Sequence record: NC_062581.1
Strand: one strand, 5' to 3'
Length of the DNA: 64,000 nucleotides
Below the pieces are notes generated by a model that did no database searches, was not told the origin of the DNA, and saw only the letters and a program-made list of their open reading frames with translations. Position 1 is the stretch's first letter. Each line of letters opens with the position of its first letter. A program made the position numbers and the translations under genes. Shown piece by piece: positions 9,838-19,121 of this stretch.

Positions 9838-10168
9838 CGTTATTCAATGCACTCGTACACATGCCAATACCCCATTGCTAACTACCGAATTGTGGGAACA
9901 GTTTTACAATTCTGGTGAAGTTGTCTGGGTGCATTACCCACGAGAGCTTAATAGCGATAACCCTGGATTGATTGAACCAGATAAAATTGCTGGTTACATC
10001 ACCAATGTTGTTTTCAAACAGGGTTACCATGATTACGATCTGGTTCTGTTTGAACATGATGAAGAATCTTTCCTTAGCAATTGGGTCACCAATCCAATTG
10101 TTTCTACCGGTGACACAAAAGAAATTTACTGCATTGACCTCCGTCTAATGGGCGAACTAGTCCTGTAA
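9830..10168 (+). CDS. Hypothetical protein; tandem paralogue of 9457..9837
   Basis: Start moved to ATG 9830 (overlaps the upstream gene end); I.PDKIAGYITNV...EIYCIDL aligns with the upstream gene. Confidence 0.55.
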   Translation: MRSVIQCTRTHANTPLLTTELWEQFYNSGEVVWVHYPRELNSDNPGLIEPDKIAGYITNVVFKQGYHDYDLVLFEHDEESFLSNWVTNPIVSTGDTKEIYCIDLRLMGELVL

Positions 10169-10184
10169 ATTACATAAAGGAATT

Positions 10185-10988
10185 ATGATGAAAGATATTG
10201 ACGTTTGTGACGAAACCCTGGCTAGTGTAATCGACAAAGAAACTCGTGCAAATTGCGATGATTTTGAACCAGCAGCATTGGCACACAAGCCTGCTGAAAA
10301 ATGGGACAATGCTCGTACTGACACACATGTCACATCAGCGTTGGAAGAAGAAGCGATGCAACATTTCGGTTCTGCTCGCCGGTTGCATAATGAAACACAC
10401 GACAATGTTCTTCAGGGTAACTTCCCAAAGAGACACAAAGAACTTGATGCCGATGGTACTTACCATTACGTGGCAATCGATGATCTTCCATTTGTTGGTC
10501 GTACTGATGCACCATACAAAGTAACTTCTACTGGAGACATCTTTGTTTATGACGCAAGTGGCGATGGTCAATATCTTACATATAACCCTTACGATCCAGA
10601 AGGGGAAATTGAACCTAAGCGTGTAGAGATTGTGGATGACACAACTTTCATGCCTACTGGTGGCACTGGCCCCCTGGCTGTAATTTACAATGTACATGCG
10701 TTACGTCGTGACCTGCTGGCCAAAGCTGCATTGAACTGGTCATTCATTGACATGGTTCCTAAAGGTATCATTGCTGCAAGTGACGACATCAAAACTCAAC
10801 GTTGGAAATACTTCCGTAATAGCCATAAAGCATTGCTGGAACAAATCCGTACAGTCATTCGTAAGAATGGCGTAATCAACATGGAATACATCCATGCGCT
10901 TAAACGCATTAATGTTGATGTTTGGTATGACGTTGAGAAACATGAGTTTGGTTTCAAAGACGGTGAGTTTGTGGTGGTGTTTGCATGA
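10185..10988 (+). CDS. Hypothetical protein
   Basis: 267 aa, AAGGA RBS. Confidence 0.7.
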   Translation: MMKDIDVCDETLASVIDKETRANCDDFEPAALAHKPAEKWDNARTDTHVTSALEEEAMQHFGSARRLHNETHDNVLQGNFPKRHKELDADGTYHYVAIDDLPFVGRTDAPYKVTSTGDIFVYDASGDGQYLTYNPYDPEGEIEPKRVEIVDDTTFMPTGGTGPLAVIYNVHALRRDLLAKAALNWSFIDMVPKGIIAASDDIKTQRWKYFRNSHKALLEQIRTVIRKNGVINMEYIHALKRINVDVWYDVEKHEFGFKDGEFVVVFA

Positions 10989-11422
10989 CAAAACAAATTC
11001 GTCTGCGTAAAGTGTTATCGCAACCAGAATGGTTTATGACCGGTAAAAGAAAGTTCAGGGCGGCAAAAAAGATTGCAGATCGAAACAATCGACGCAGAGC
11101 AGCGTTCAGGCTTTTTATGAGCGCTTTGTTTACCCCTATGCTTTCTGAGAAACAGATCCGGGTCATTAAAGGAACTGCGCGTAAAGAACGTATACCTCAA
11201 GACCAAATGCAACATCTGTATAAAGGCTTGATTAAACACAAACGTGCTGGTTATAAAGGTGTAATCGTAAGGGTGAAAATGCCCAATACGTTTACCCAAT
11301 CAGTAATTGTCAAGCAGGATCGTTTAGATGCATTTATCCGTGATAATCGCGTGTATTCGTATCGTGATCAAACTGGTGAGCATTGGCTGGAAGCACCAAA
11401 ACTTGTGTCACCTCCTTTGTGA
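10985..11422 (+). CDS. Hypothetical basic protein
   Basis: 145 aa, ATGA overlap, K/R-rich. Confidence 0.65.
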   Translation: MTKQIRLRKVLSQPEWFMTGKRKFRAAKKIADRNNRRRAAFRLFMSALFTPMLSEKQIRVIKGTARKERIPQDQMQHLYKGLIKHKRAGYKGVIVRVKMPNTFTQSVIVKQDRLDAFIRDNRVYSYRDQTGEHWLEAPKLVSPPL

Positions 11423-11458
11423 CGACATATTGGCTACCCTTCGGGGTAGCCGTATGCC
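11421..11458. terminator. Bidirectional hairpin at a convergent junction
   Basis: GACGACATATT-GGCTACCC-TTCG-GGGTAGCC-GTATGCC. Confidence 0.8.
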
Positions 11459-11467
11459 TTATTTTTT

Positions 11468-11905
11468 TTATGTTAAATCGAACTTCAACGTAAGAACGTA
11501 GGGTGGTAACCAACCCACCGCATCAATCTTAGTTTCTAATTCTACTTCCGTAGCAGTGGGCGATATATTCGTGTGATAGAAATCGTTGTCGTAAAGTGAG
11601 ATTCCATAAACATCACGCAACATGTCAGTAACTTCAGTGGTATTAATGTAATCACCAGGCTTACCCGGAAGAACTAAATCTCTCAGCTCTTCATCAATTC
11701 GATATCGATTGTAGTAGATAGTCGAACTGCCTTTAAATCGAGGCGTATCAGTTAATGCAGTAATAGTCACTTTTGCATTACATGCACCTTGTAACCAAAC
11801 ACCGGCATTAGTAAATGTAACCTCACTAACTTGGATAGCTGGAACAATACCATGCACCCGACTGAACTCAACTAAGAGTTTTTCTTTTGTGTCGTATAAA
11901 TACAT
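11468..11905 (-). CDS. Putative virion structural protein (paralogue family with 11913..12788 and 30196..30735)
   Basis: Start moved to ATG 11905 (MYLYDTKEK); shared Y-x-R-x-x-[LI] core (YYNRYRI, TYDRLNL, VYRRLDL). Confidence 0.6.
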   Translation of the reverse strand: MYLYDTKEKLLVEFSRVHGIVPAIQVSEVTFTNAGVWLQGACNAKVTITALTDTPRFKGSSTIYYNRYRIDEELRDLVLPGKPGDYINTTEVTDMLRDVYGISLYDNDFYHTNISPTATEVELETKIDAVGWLPPYVLTLKFDLT

Positions 11906-11912
11906 GTTAACC

Positions 11913-12788
11913 TCAATCGTAATGCAAACGTAAGAAACCATTAATGCCAGTAGCTAGATCACTAAGTTCAATAACTAACACTCTACGGAACTCTATACGC
12001 GAAGTCCATTTCGTAATAGCCGCACCATTATAAAGAACTTTGCAATGTGGTTCACCTTGTACCAATGAATGAACTACGTTTAACGGCTTTGCTGTAGCGC
12101 TGGCTTGAAACTGAATACCAGTGGTGCGATACAAAGGACCTAACAATTGTTCTGGCTTATGGTACAGACCAACAGGAATACTTTTCAACTCATCCCGATA
12201 CAACGTAAAGTCATAACGACTTACGTAGTAATCACCCCTGATTTTAGTTAGGTCTGGCTTAGGGGTGATATTAGGAAACTCTACATTGAGATTAGGCAAA
12301 GTAGATAGGTTCAATTGAGATGTATTGATCAACCGAATTCGAAGGTGCCCTACAAAACGCAATGACCGAGAATCCGCTTCAAGGATAATGTCATTATCGA
12401 TAGGTAACGAATATTTATCAAACGTCTGATGAATAAAATCGTCAACCTCAAACACAATTTCATTTTGCAAGCCGAGCTGTTCTAAAATATCAAACGTAGT
12501 AATTGGTAAGGTAAGACCAATTACATTCACCGCAATAGTGTTACGAAAGAACTCAGTCAGATTTAGTCGATCGTACGTAAACACAATCTGTGTGATTGGG
12601 GGCATTAAGTTAATCGGGTTAGTTGACCGATTAGGGATGATCTCTATTTGGGTTCTCTTAGAACTTAGTGGAGTCATTGCCTTTAACTTAACAATCCCCG
12701 GCTGAAGTTGAAAGTTGTATTTGTCATTGATCATGTCAATAATAGCTTGCCATGATCCTACCTTGAGGTAGTCACGTGTAATGTACAT
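11913..12788 (-). CDS. Putative virion structural protein (gp127 position)
   Basis: 291 aa in an operon with the 720-aa gene. Confidence 0.65.
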   Translation of the reverse strand: MYITRDYLKVGSWQAIIDMINDKYNFQLQPGIVKLKAMTPLSSKRTQIEIIPNRSTNPINLMPPITQIVFTYDRLNLTEFFRNTIAVNVIGLTLPITTFDILEQLGLQNEIVFEVDDFIHQTFDKYSLPIDNDIILEADSRSLRFVGHLRIRLINTSQLNLSTLPNLNVEFPNITPKPDLTKIRGDYYVSRYDFTLYRDELKSIPVGLYHKPEQLLGPLYRTTGIQFQASATAKPLNVVHSLVQGEPHCKVLYNGAAITKWTSRIEFRRVLVIELSDLATGINGFLRLHYD

Positions 12789-12797
12789 TTGATTACC

Positions 12798-14960
12798 TTA
12801 CATGTCAGGGTAGTTGGGGTCAGTAGAATTCTGATAATGCTCTAGGTAATTATCAGTTGGTTCAGGATGGTCAACAATGAATGTAACTTTTTGCATTCCA
12901 ATGTGAGGTACACGAGTTTTAACATTAGTTACTGCGTGACTTTCATCACTGATGTAAACAGTCGGATCGATTTTCTGAAACAACGAACCGTCTGCACTCA
13001 AACGTGTATCCGGCATGATTACCTTATCCGTGATTTTAATCTTGTCGTGACCAATAGAGCGATAACCCTGAACACTAACCTCATCTACTGTTGCACGGAA
13101 GTATACGCCCACTGCAGCTCGATAATCACCCAACCTAATGGATGGCATACCAATGACGTGAAAGTTGGTGTACGCTACGTTACGGAGGTACTGGAGTGGA
13201 TAAGACGATAGACGTTTCATCAACCGCAGTAGTTCCCGTTGAATTTCTCCAAGGGTAATTACTTTAAACAGATTAGCACCAGTAGCAATGTTAATGCAGT
13301 CTGTAACTAACTGTTCATATTCAGATTGACGGAAACCGCGAATGTCAATACCCTGAGGCAAAAAGTAATCATCAAAAGAAGTTGGTGTCTTAACCAAACG
13401 ACAGGTCCGATTCATGTAGTGTGCTTTAACAGCATTTTCACACATAGCTCGCCCATCTTTGTGCTCTTGGAAAGAATACAGTTCCCAGCACCGCAGATAA
13501 GATTTATGTGACCGAGTGGCATCCAAATAGAATTGCTCAGTTGAAATGTACGAAGTCATCGGATACATGCGATCTTGAATAGCTGTCAGTACATTGTCTC
13601 CAACGACGCGTGGCGACACGTAAGTCTTAAGCTCAGTCAACGTTGGCAGTGGATCACGCATCACCTCATACGCGACTACAGAAGGTATCATGGGTACATC
13701 CCACTCCCATACCTGGATGTAAGCGTACAACATCATGATGAAAGCATCTTTAACCGAGATAGTCATCAATTCGCCAGTCCGTGGATTAGGGATTTGCACG
13801 TATGCGCGATACTTACCACGAGCTGAAAGATCTAGCCATTGATTAATCAATACATTCATGTGTGAACGAACCGAAGAAGTAGAACGGTCGATAACTTCCG
13901 AGTCTAGTACTTTGGTCGGTAACGAAGAATATTGATCAGATACAATCTTTTCGGTAATCTCTTTCTCGGCGTCAAATTGCACTAATGGGTTATCACGAGC
14001 TAAACCACTCTCGCGTTCCAATAGCAATTCAACTGTAGTCTTATCTTGGCCTTCATGCACAACAGGAAAGTTAACATCTAACTTAATCAATTCAGCTTCT
14101 GGTTTCAATTCACCAGGCATCTTGGAGGCATTCTGTTTGATGTTATACCAGATCAACGGAATACCACGAGGGGTAAGGATGTTATCTACCAGTCGTTGCC
14201 ATGTGGATTCTTTACCCACATTACGTTCGTACCAATTAATGTCTCGATACAAATGCAGTTGTTGTTTCTTATCCAAGTAAGGCATGAATTCATCAAGACG
14301 AGAATTTGAACCTAACCATTCACGAATAAAGAAACTGTTAGCTCGACGTGTCCGGGCATTACGTAGACGAATTAACATGATAGCCAATGGTAACTGGGTA
14401 TAAAGTGAACCCAAGAAACCAGCAAAGTACATGTCATCAGAAATGTTAAATTGTTCGTTGTACCAGCGATTGTAAAAGGCAGTTACCCAGTCTTGTAATT
14501 CGTGATCAAAGTTATCTTCGTTCTCTTCTACATACTGGGGATCATAGTACAAAATCTCTCCATTATTTGAATCAATTGCTTTTTGGATATCAATCGGGTA
14601 AATAATTCCGTTGATCAAACCTACTTGGTCAGGGAACTGACGAACTAAGTTATTGTAATAAACACTACCCGGAATATACTCTCGCGCAGTTGCACGATGG
14701 ATTGCTAGATTATCCTTTGTAAAGTCTATAATTTCTAACGTATCCATGGATCGTACTTGCATCACACTGTCGGTCGGATGATAGTCACCCGCCAAGTTCA
14801 TGTAGTACTTCCACGATTTTGGATTAAGCTCGTCCGAGACGATACCTTCTTCCGCTAGCCGTTCGTTCAGGATGGTGGCTGCTGCTTCAAATTTAATCAC
14901 CACTGTACGGGCTAAGCGCATTGTATCTTTTCGGTAAACTTCGAAATAAACGTTGCTCAT
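12798..14960 (-). CDS. Virion structural protein, probably baseplate (gp128 position)
   Basis: 720 aa; WKYYMNLAGDYHPTD motif typical of this conserved family; divergent from the portal gene. Confidence 0.7.
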   Translation of the reverse strand: MSNVYFEVYRKDTMRLARTVVIKFEAAATILNERLAEEGIVSDELNPKSWKYYMNLAGDYHPTDSVMQVRSMDTLEIIDFTKDNLAIHRATAREYIPGSVYYNNLVRQFPDQVGLINGIIYPIDIQKAIDSNNGEILYYDPQYVEENEDNFDHELQDWVTAFYNRWYNEQFNISDDMYFAGFLGSLYTQLPLAIMLIRLRNARTRRANSFFIREWLGSNSRLDEFMPYLDKKQQLHLYRDINWYERNVGKESTWQRLVDNILTPRGIPLIWYNIKQNASKMPGELKPEAELIKLDVNFPVVHEGQDKTTVELLLERESGLARDNPLVQFDAEKEITEKIVSDQYSSLPTKVLDSEVIDRSTSSVRSHMNVLINQWLDLSARGKYRAYVQIPNPRTGELMTISVKDAFIMMLYAYIQVWEWDVPMIPSVVAYEVMRDPLPTLTELKTYVSPRVVGDNVLTAIQDRMYPMTSYISTEQFYLDATRSHKSYLRCWELYSFQEHKDGRAMCENAVKAHYMNRTCRLVKTPTSFDDYFLPQGIDIRGFRQSEYEQLVTDCINIATGANLFKVITLGEIQRELLRLMKRLSSYPLQYLRNVAYTNFHVIGMPSIRLGDYRAAVGVYFRATVDEVSVQGYRSIGHDKIKITDKVIMPDTRLSADGSLFQKIDPTVYISDESHAVTNVKTRVPHIGMQKVTFIVDHPEPTDNYLEHYQNSTDPNYPDM

Positions 14961-14993
14961 GCTTTTTACTCACTTGAATAATGGGAGCTTCTC

Positions 14994-17723
14994 ATGGCTC
15001 GAAAAACTGGGGGGAACGGTAAAACGTATCCCATGTTTGAACAAACCCAAGAAGGCATCGATCCATTAACGCCGATTGGCGGTGTTATTAACTTGCTGCG
15101 TAAAGCAGTTAGTGAAAAGGGACAAAGTGTCAACCAACCACGAGTTGGTATCAACAAACAAACAATGGATCGTGTATCGCGTCAGACGTCTCAAGACATT
15201 ACTGATAACGATGCGATCATGCAGCTTAACCCAGATCTGGAATTGGTAGAGACCGTAATGGTCGGTAATATCCTTTCTCCAAAAGACTTGGGTGAAACGG
15301 AATTGGCATGGTCTGTTGACCCGGTTCTGTTTGATAGTGAAATTGCACGTCTGCTAATAGATCCAGTAGAAGAGCATTTTAAAAGAGACTATAAGATTAA
15401 CGACCGTCTCGACCTAGTGCTCCGTGAGATCATGTTCCGTAAAGGCGCATCAATTCACATTGTCCTACCAGAAAACGTATTGGATCATTTGGTTAATGGT
15501 ACGCGTAAGGTTTCCATGGAAGCCTACTCTGGTTTCCGTAAGAGAATGTCTCAAGGTGAACCGTTAGGTTTCTTAGGACATCCAAAAGATTCAAACATCT
15601 CTTTAGAAAACTGGGATGTAAACAACGACGGTGCCAATAAGATTGCTGGTGACGCTAACCTGTTGGTTACGGATAACTTCAACATTCTTAAATCTCCGGT
15701 AGTGGGTCGTCGTGTTCGTGAGATTCGTATTGCCGATCGTCTAAATCGCCATCGGGTTTCTTTAGAAGCCGAGATGGAGAAAGAAACAAAGAACTACAAT
15801 TTTACTAACGCTGACATTGAGAAACTATACCAACGTAATCGTAATGGTACTAGCGAACATGCTCAGGTTGTTACATCACCACAATTCATGGACAGGAAGT
15901 CTGTAGGTCACCCTCTAGCACTTTTGCCACCAATGGAAGCCGTTATCCCGGTATTCATGCAAGGCCGCCCACACGAGCACGTAGGCTATTTCTTGTTGGT
16001 TGACCAAAATGGTTATCCAGTATCAAAAGATTCTACTCGTGACTTTTATGGCGAACTCCAGTCCTCTTGGAAAGGCGGTAACAACAACGATGGTAACTCA
16101 GAGATTCTACGCCTGACTCGTGAGGCAATGGGTGCTAATGGCAGTAAACAAGATTACGAGATTGATGAAGTTCAAAAGACTTATAACTCGATTATTGTTA
16201 ATGACCTGCACAACCGTTTACGTAATGGCGAATACGATCAAGAACTAGAAATTGGTTTGTCTGAAGAAATTCAACGAATCATGTTGTTCCGTAGCTGGGA
16301 ATCTAAATGTACTCAGTTGGTTTTCATTCCTGCTGAACTCTGCACTTACATGGCTTTCAACTTCAACGCTAACGGCGTTGGTGAGTCGCTGTTGGCTCGT
16401 TCGAAGATGATTGCTACCATGCGTTCAACTTTGTTGATGGCTGACACTGTTGGTGGTATGCGTAACGCTGTGGGTCGTAAGAAAGTTAACATTACGTTAG
16501 ACCCTGATGATCCTGATGCTGAACAAACCATCTCGAACATTCAATCGGGTATTATGGAACAAGCCCATCGCGGTTTTCCATTAGCTGCTCCCGATCCTAC
16601 TCAAGCAATGGATCACTTGATTCGTTCGGGTTTTGACTTTGCCATCAACACCAATGGTGCTGATTACGCTGAGACTAAAGTTGAGTACGACGATTACAAT
16701 ACCAATCAGCAAGCCGGTAATCCAGATCTGCAAGATCGGTTACGTCGGATGCATATTTCTGGTATGGGTGTCCACCCTGAGAAAGTTGACCCAATGTCTT
16801 CTCCAGACTTTGCTACAACTGCAACTCAGAACGACTTAGTGTTCTCTCGTCGTGTTCGTGCTTATCAAAAGGCATTTACTGAGTATCTGCAAAAGTTCAT
16901 TCGTACTTACACACACCACAGTTCTATCTTGCGTCAGAAAATGGCTAAGGCTATTATTAAGAATCGTAAGATGTTAAGTCCTGAACAGAAAGCACAACCA
17001 ATTGATGACATCATTGATGATTTCATTTCTGCATTGGAAGTGTCTCTACCTGCACCGGACAATACGCAACATGAACGCCAAGCTGAATCTTACCGTGCTT
17101 ACTCGGACCTGTTAGATTCCACATTAGAAGCTTACATTACTCCTGACTTGTTCCCGGATGAAATTCTAGGAATGTCTGGTGTTGCCGATAAGATTCTAAA
17201 TCATGTCAAAGCCTACTTTAAACGTCAGTGGCTTACTAACAACAACGTCATGCCTGAGCTAGGTGTGCTGTTGGAAATGGATGGTGACAAACCAGCCTTC
17301 TCATTGTTGGACTACATGGCTACTGCTCAATCTACAATGGGTCGTGCATTCATGGAATTTATTAAACATGAGAACGATACCAAAGAATCATTTGCCAAAG
17401 AATTTAAAGCACTCATTGAAGCTGGTGATGCTGGCGGTGATTTTGGTGGAGGGGGTGATGACAGTGGGTTTGGTGGAGATGACGCCGGTGGTAACGGTGG
17501 AGATGAGTTTGGAGGTGGTGACGATCTAGGTGGTGGAGATAGTTTTGGTGACGAACCTGGTAGCGATACCGGAGACGACATGGGACTAAGTGAACCAACT
17601 AGTAATGAACCTGCTCCAGATGAAGACAGTGCATCGGATTTAACTGGGTTGGATAATCCAGTAGATTCGGCGGCAGGAGATGAAGAAAAAGATCCTGACG
17701 AAGACGAAGAAAAACCGCTGTAA
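14994..17723 (+). CDS. Portal protein (phiKZ gp129-like)
   Basis: 909 aa; synteny, SME/SLE motifs in the N-terminal third, G/D/E-rich disordered tail. Confidence 0.7.
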   Translation: MARKTGGNGKTYPMFEQTQEGIDPLTPIGGVINLLRKAVSEKGQSVNQPRVGINKQTMDRVSRQTSQDITDNDAIMQLNPDLELVETVMVGNILSPKDLGETELAWSVDPVLFDSEIARLLIDPVEEHFKRDYKINDRLDLVLREIMFRKGASIHIVLPENVLDHLVNGTRKVSMEAYSGFRKRMSQGEPLGFLGHPKDSNISLENWDVNNDGANKIAGDANLLVTDNFNILKSPVVGRRVREIRIADRLNRHRVSLEAEMEKETKNYNFTNADIEKLYQRNRNGTSEHAQVVTSPQFMDRKSVGHPLALLPPMEAVIPVFMQGRPHEHVGYFLLVDQNGYPVSKDSTRDFYGELQSSWKGGNNNDGNSEILRLTREAMGANGSKQDYEIDEVQKTYNSIIVNDLHNRLRNGEYDQELEIGLSEEIQRIMLFRSWESKCTQLVFIPAELCTYMAFNFNANGVGESLLARSKMIATMRSTLLMADTVGGMRNAVGRKKVNITLDPDDPDAEQTISNIQSGIMEQAHRGFPLAAPDPTQAMDHLIRSGFDFAINTNGADYAETKVEYDDYNTNQQAGNPDLQDRLRRMHISGMGVHPEKVDPMSSPDFATTATQNDLVFSRRVRAYQKAFTEYLQKFIRTYTHHSSILRQKMAKAIIKNRKMLSPEQKAQPIDDIIDDFISALEVSLPAPDNTQHERQAESYRAYSDLLDSTLEAYITPDLFPDEILGMSGVADKILNHVKAYFKRQWLTNNNVMPELGVLLEMDGDKPAFSLLDYMATAQSTMGRAFMEFIKHENDTKESFAKEFKALIEAGDAGGDFGGGGDDSGFGGDDAGGNGGDEFGGGDDLGGGDSFGDEPGSDTGDDMGLSEPTSNEPAPDEDSASDLTGLDNPVDSAAGDEEKDPDEDEEKPL

Positions 17724-17762
17724 CAACATATTAGCCTTCCCCAACGGGAAGGCTTTATGCCG
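17724..17762. terminator. Bidirectional hairpin at a convergent junction
   Basis: CAACATATTA-GCCTTCCC-CAAC-GGGAAGGC-TTTATGCCG. Confidence 0.8.
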
Positions 17763-17763
17763 T

Positions 17764-19011
17764 TTAGTTTGTACCCAAGATACGATAAAAAGCCTCATCG
17801 TGTTTGAATGGGTCAGCTGGATACCGGCCACCATCAACTAAAGCTTTGGTTGTCCACCGGCGATGGTTAGCATCGTAGTTATGACGAATGTTATTACTAC
17901 CCGCGTAAACAAACGTATCTACTTCATGGATCGTGTGGTAATCCAACATTCTGCCGTACGCCCCCACTAAAGGTAAGTTATCACCAGTAGGGTCAATAAA
18001 CCGACCAGGTAAACGTAACCATTCAATAGGTTCATAATCTTGAAAGAATGAAGGGGTATCTACAATCACAAAGAAAGATTGAGATAGTGTTAGATATTTA
18101 AGCACAACTTCATCTGAACGCATTTGTGCTAAGGACATTAGCGTAGGGTTCTTAGGGTCAATAGTCAAACCTAAGTCATCCAAGTCCAGTTCTTTAACGG
18201 ATTGAATGTATCGATCCAAGAACATAGATGCACCTACTTCAATACGCCATGTCCGATCACCTACCGGTTTATACACTTTACCTAACACTTGTAAGTAACC
18301 ACCTACTACCAACAGAACTGTTTTATTAGCAATGTCAATACCGGCAGGCATACTGATGTAAGCAGCATCGTTTAATGGAGCCCCTTCACGTTGAGGTCGA
18401 ACCATTGCCGCTGTAATGGGTACCTTCTGCAGTGCACCGACAGTTTCAAATGAGTAAATACCAATTTGATTGTTATTGGCACGCCGTACTGAACGGTTAC
18501 CATCCATAATACGAATACCGTCTACAGTGTAATCACTAATGTGAAAATAACCATTTACTGTAGTTAGACAATACTTATCGTAATCGGCATAAGAATGTGT
18601 CGGGTGAGTCAGGATCAAATCTTCTTTAACAAATTTAGAAGCAGTCGAATTAATGTGCAGGTTACGACCTTTAGGTTGAGCCGTATAACCAGCATGCCAT
18701 GCTTGTGCATAGCGAACTAACCGTTCTGTTTCATTAGGCAAAGTAGTTTCAAAAGGCAATGTTTGATTACCTAATGAAGTTAGCCATTCTTGAACGGTTG
18801 CAGTAGGGCTAACATTATTCATCCATGTTGTTACATTATCAAACTTCAAAGCTTTGAGTTGTTGTTTGCCTGCACCGGGGTATTCAACGTAAAGAACTAC
18901 GTCACCGTAAATAGTGGAAAGCGTGGTAACTATTTCATTGCTGAGGTCAGCTTCTTGCCAACGACCAGAACGTCTATCGGCGCGATAGCGTGAACGTACG
19001 AGAGTGTACAT
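17764..19011 (-). CDS. Virion structural protein (gp130 position)
   Basis: 415 aa, GGAGG RBS, synteny. Confidence 0.7.
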   Translation of the reverse strand: MYTLVRSRYRADRRSGRWQEADLSNEIVTTLSTIYGDVVLYVEYPGAGKQQLKALKFDNVTTWMNNVSPTATVQEWLTSLGNQTLPFETTLPNETERLVRYAQAWHAGYTAQPKGRNLHINSTASKFVKEDLILTHPTHSYADYDKYCLTTVNGYFHISDYTVDGIRIMDGNRSVRRANNNQIGIYSFETVGALQKVPITAAMVRPQREGAPLNDAAYISMPAGIDIANKTVLLVVGGYLQVLGKVYKPVGDRTWRIEVGASMFLDRYIQSVKELDLDDLGLTIDPKNPTLMSLAQMRSDEVVLKYLTLSQSFFVIVDTPSFFQDYEPIEWLRLPGRFIDPTGDNLPLVGAYGRMLDYHTIHEVDTFVYAGSNNIRHNYDANHRRWTTKALVDGGRYPADPFKHDEAFYRILGTN

Positions 19012-19121
19012 TATGGAACCTCCGTGGGGATTGGATAATCCTATGTGAATTTAAAAACACTGGTGTGCTATACACATCATTAAGATAACAACTGCGCACC
19101 AGCGCTATACAGGAGGGCACA

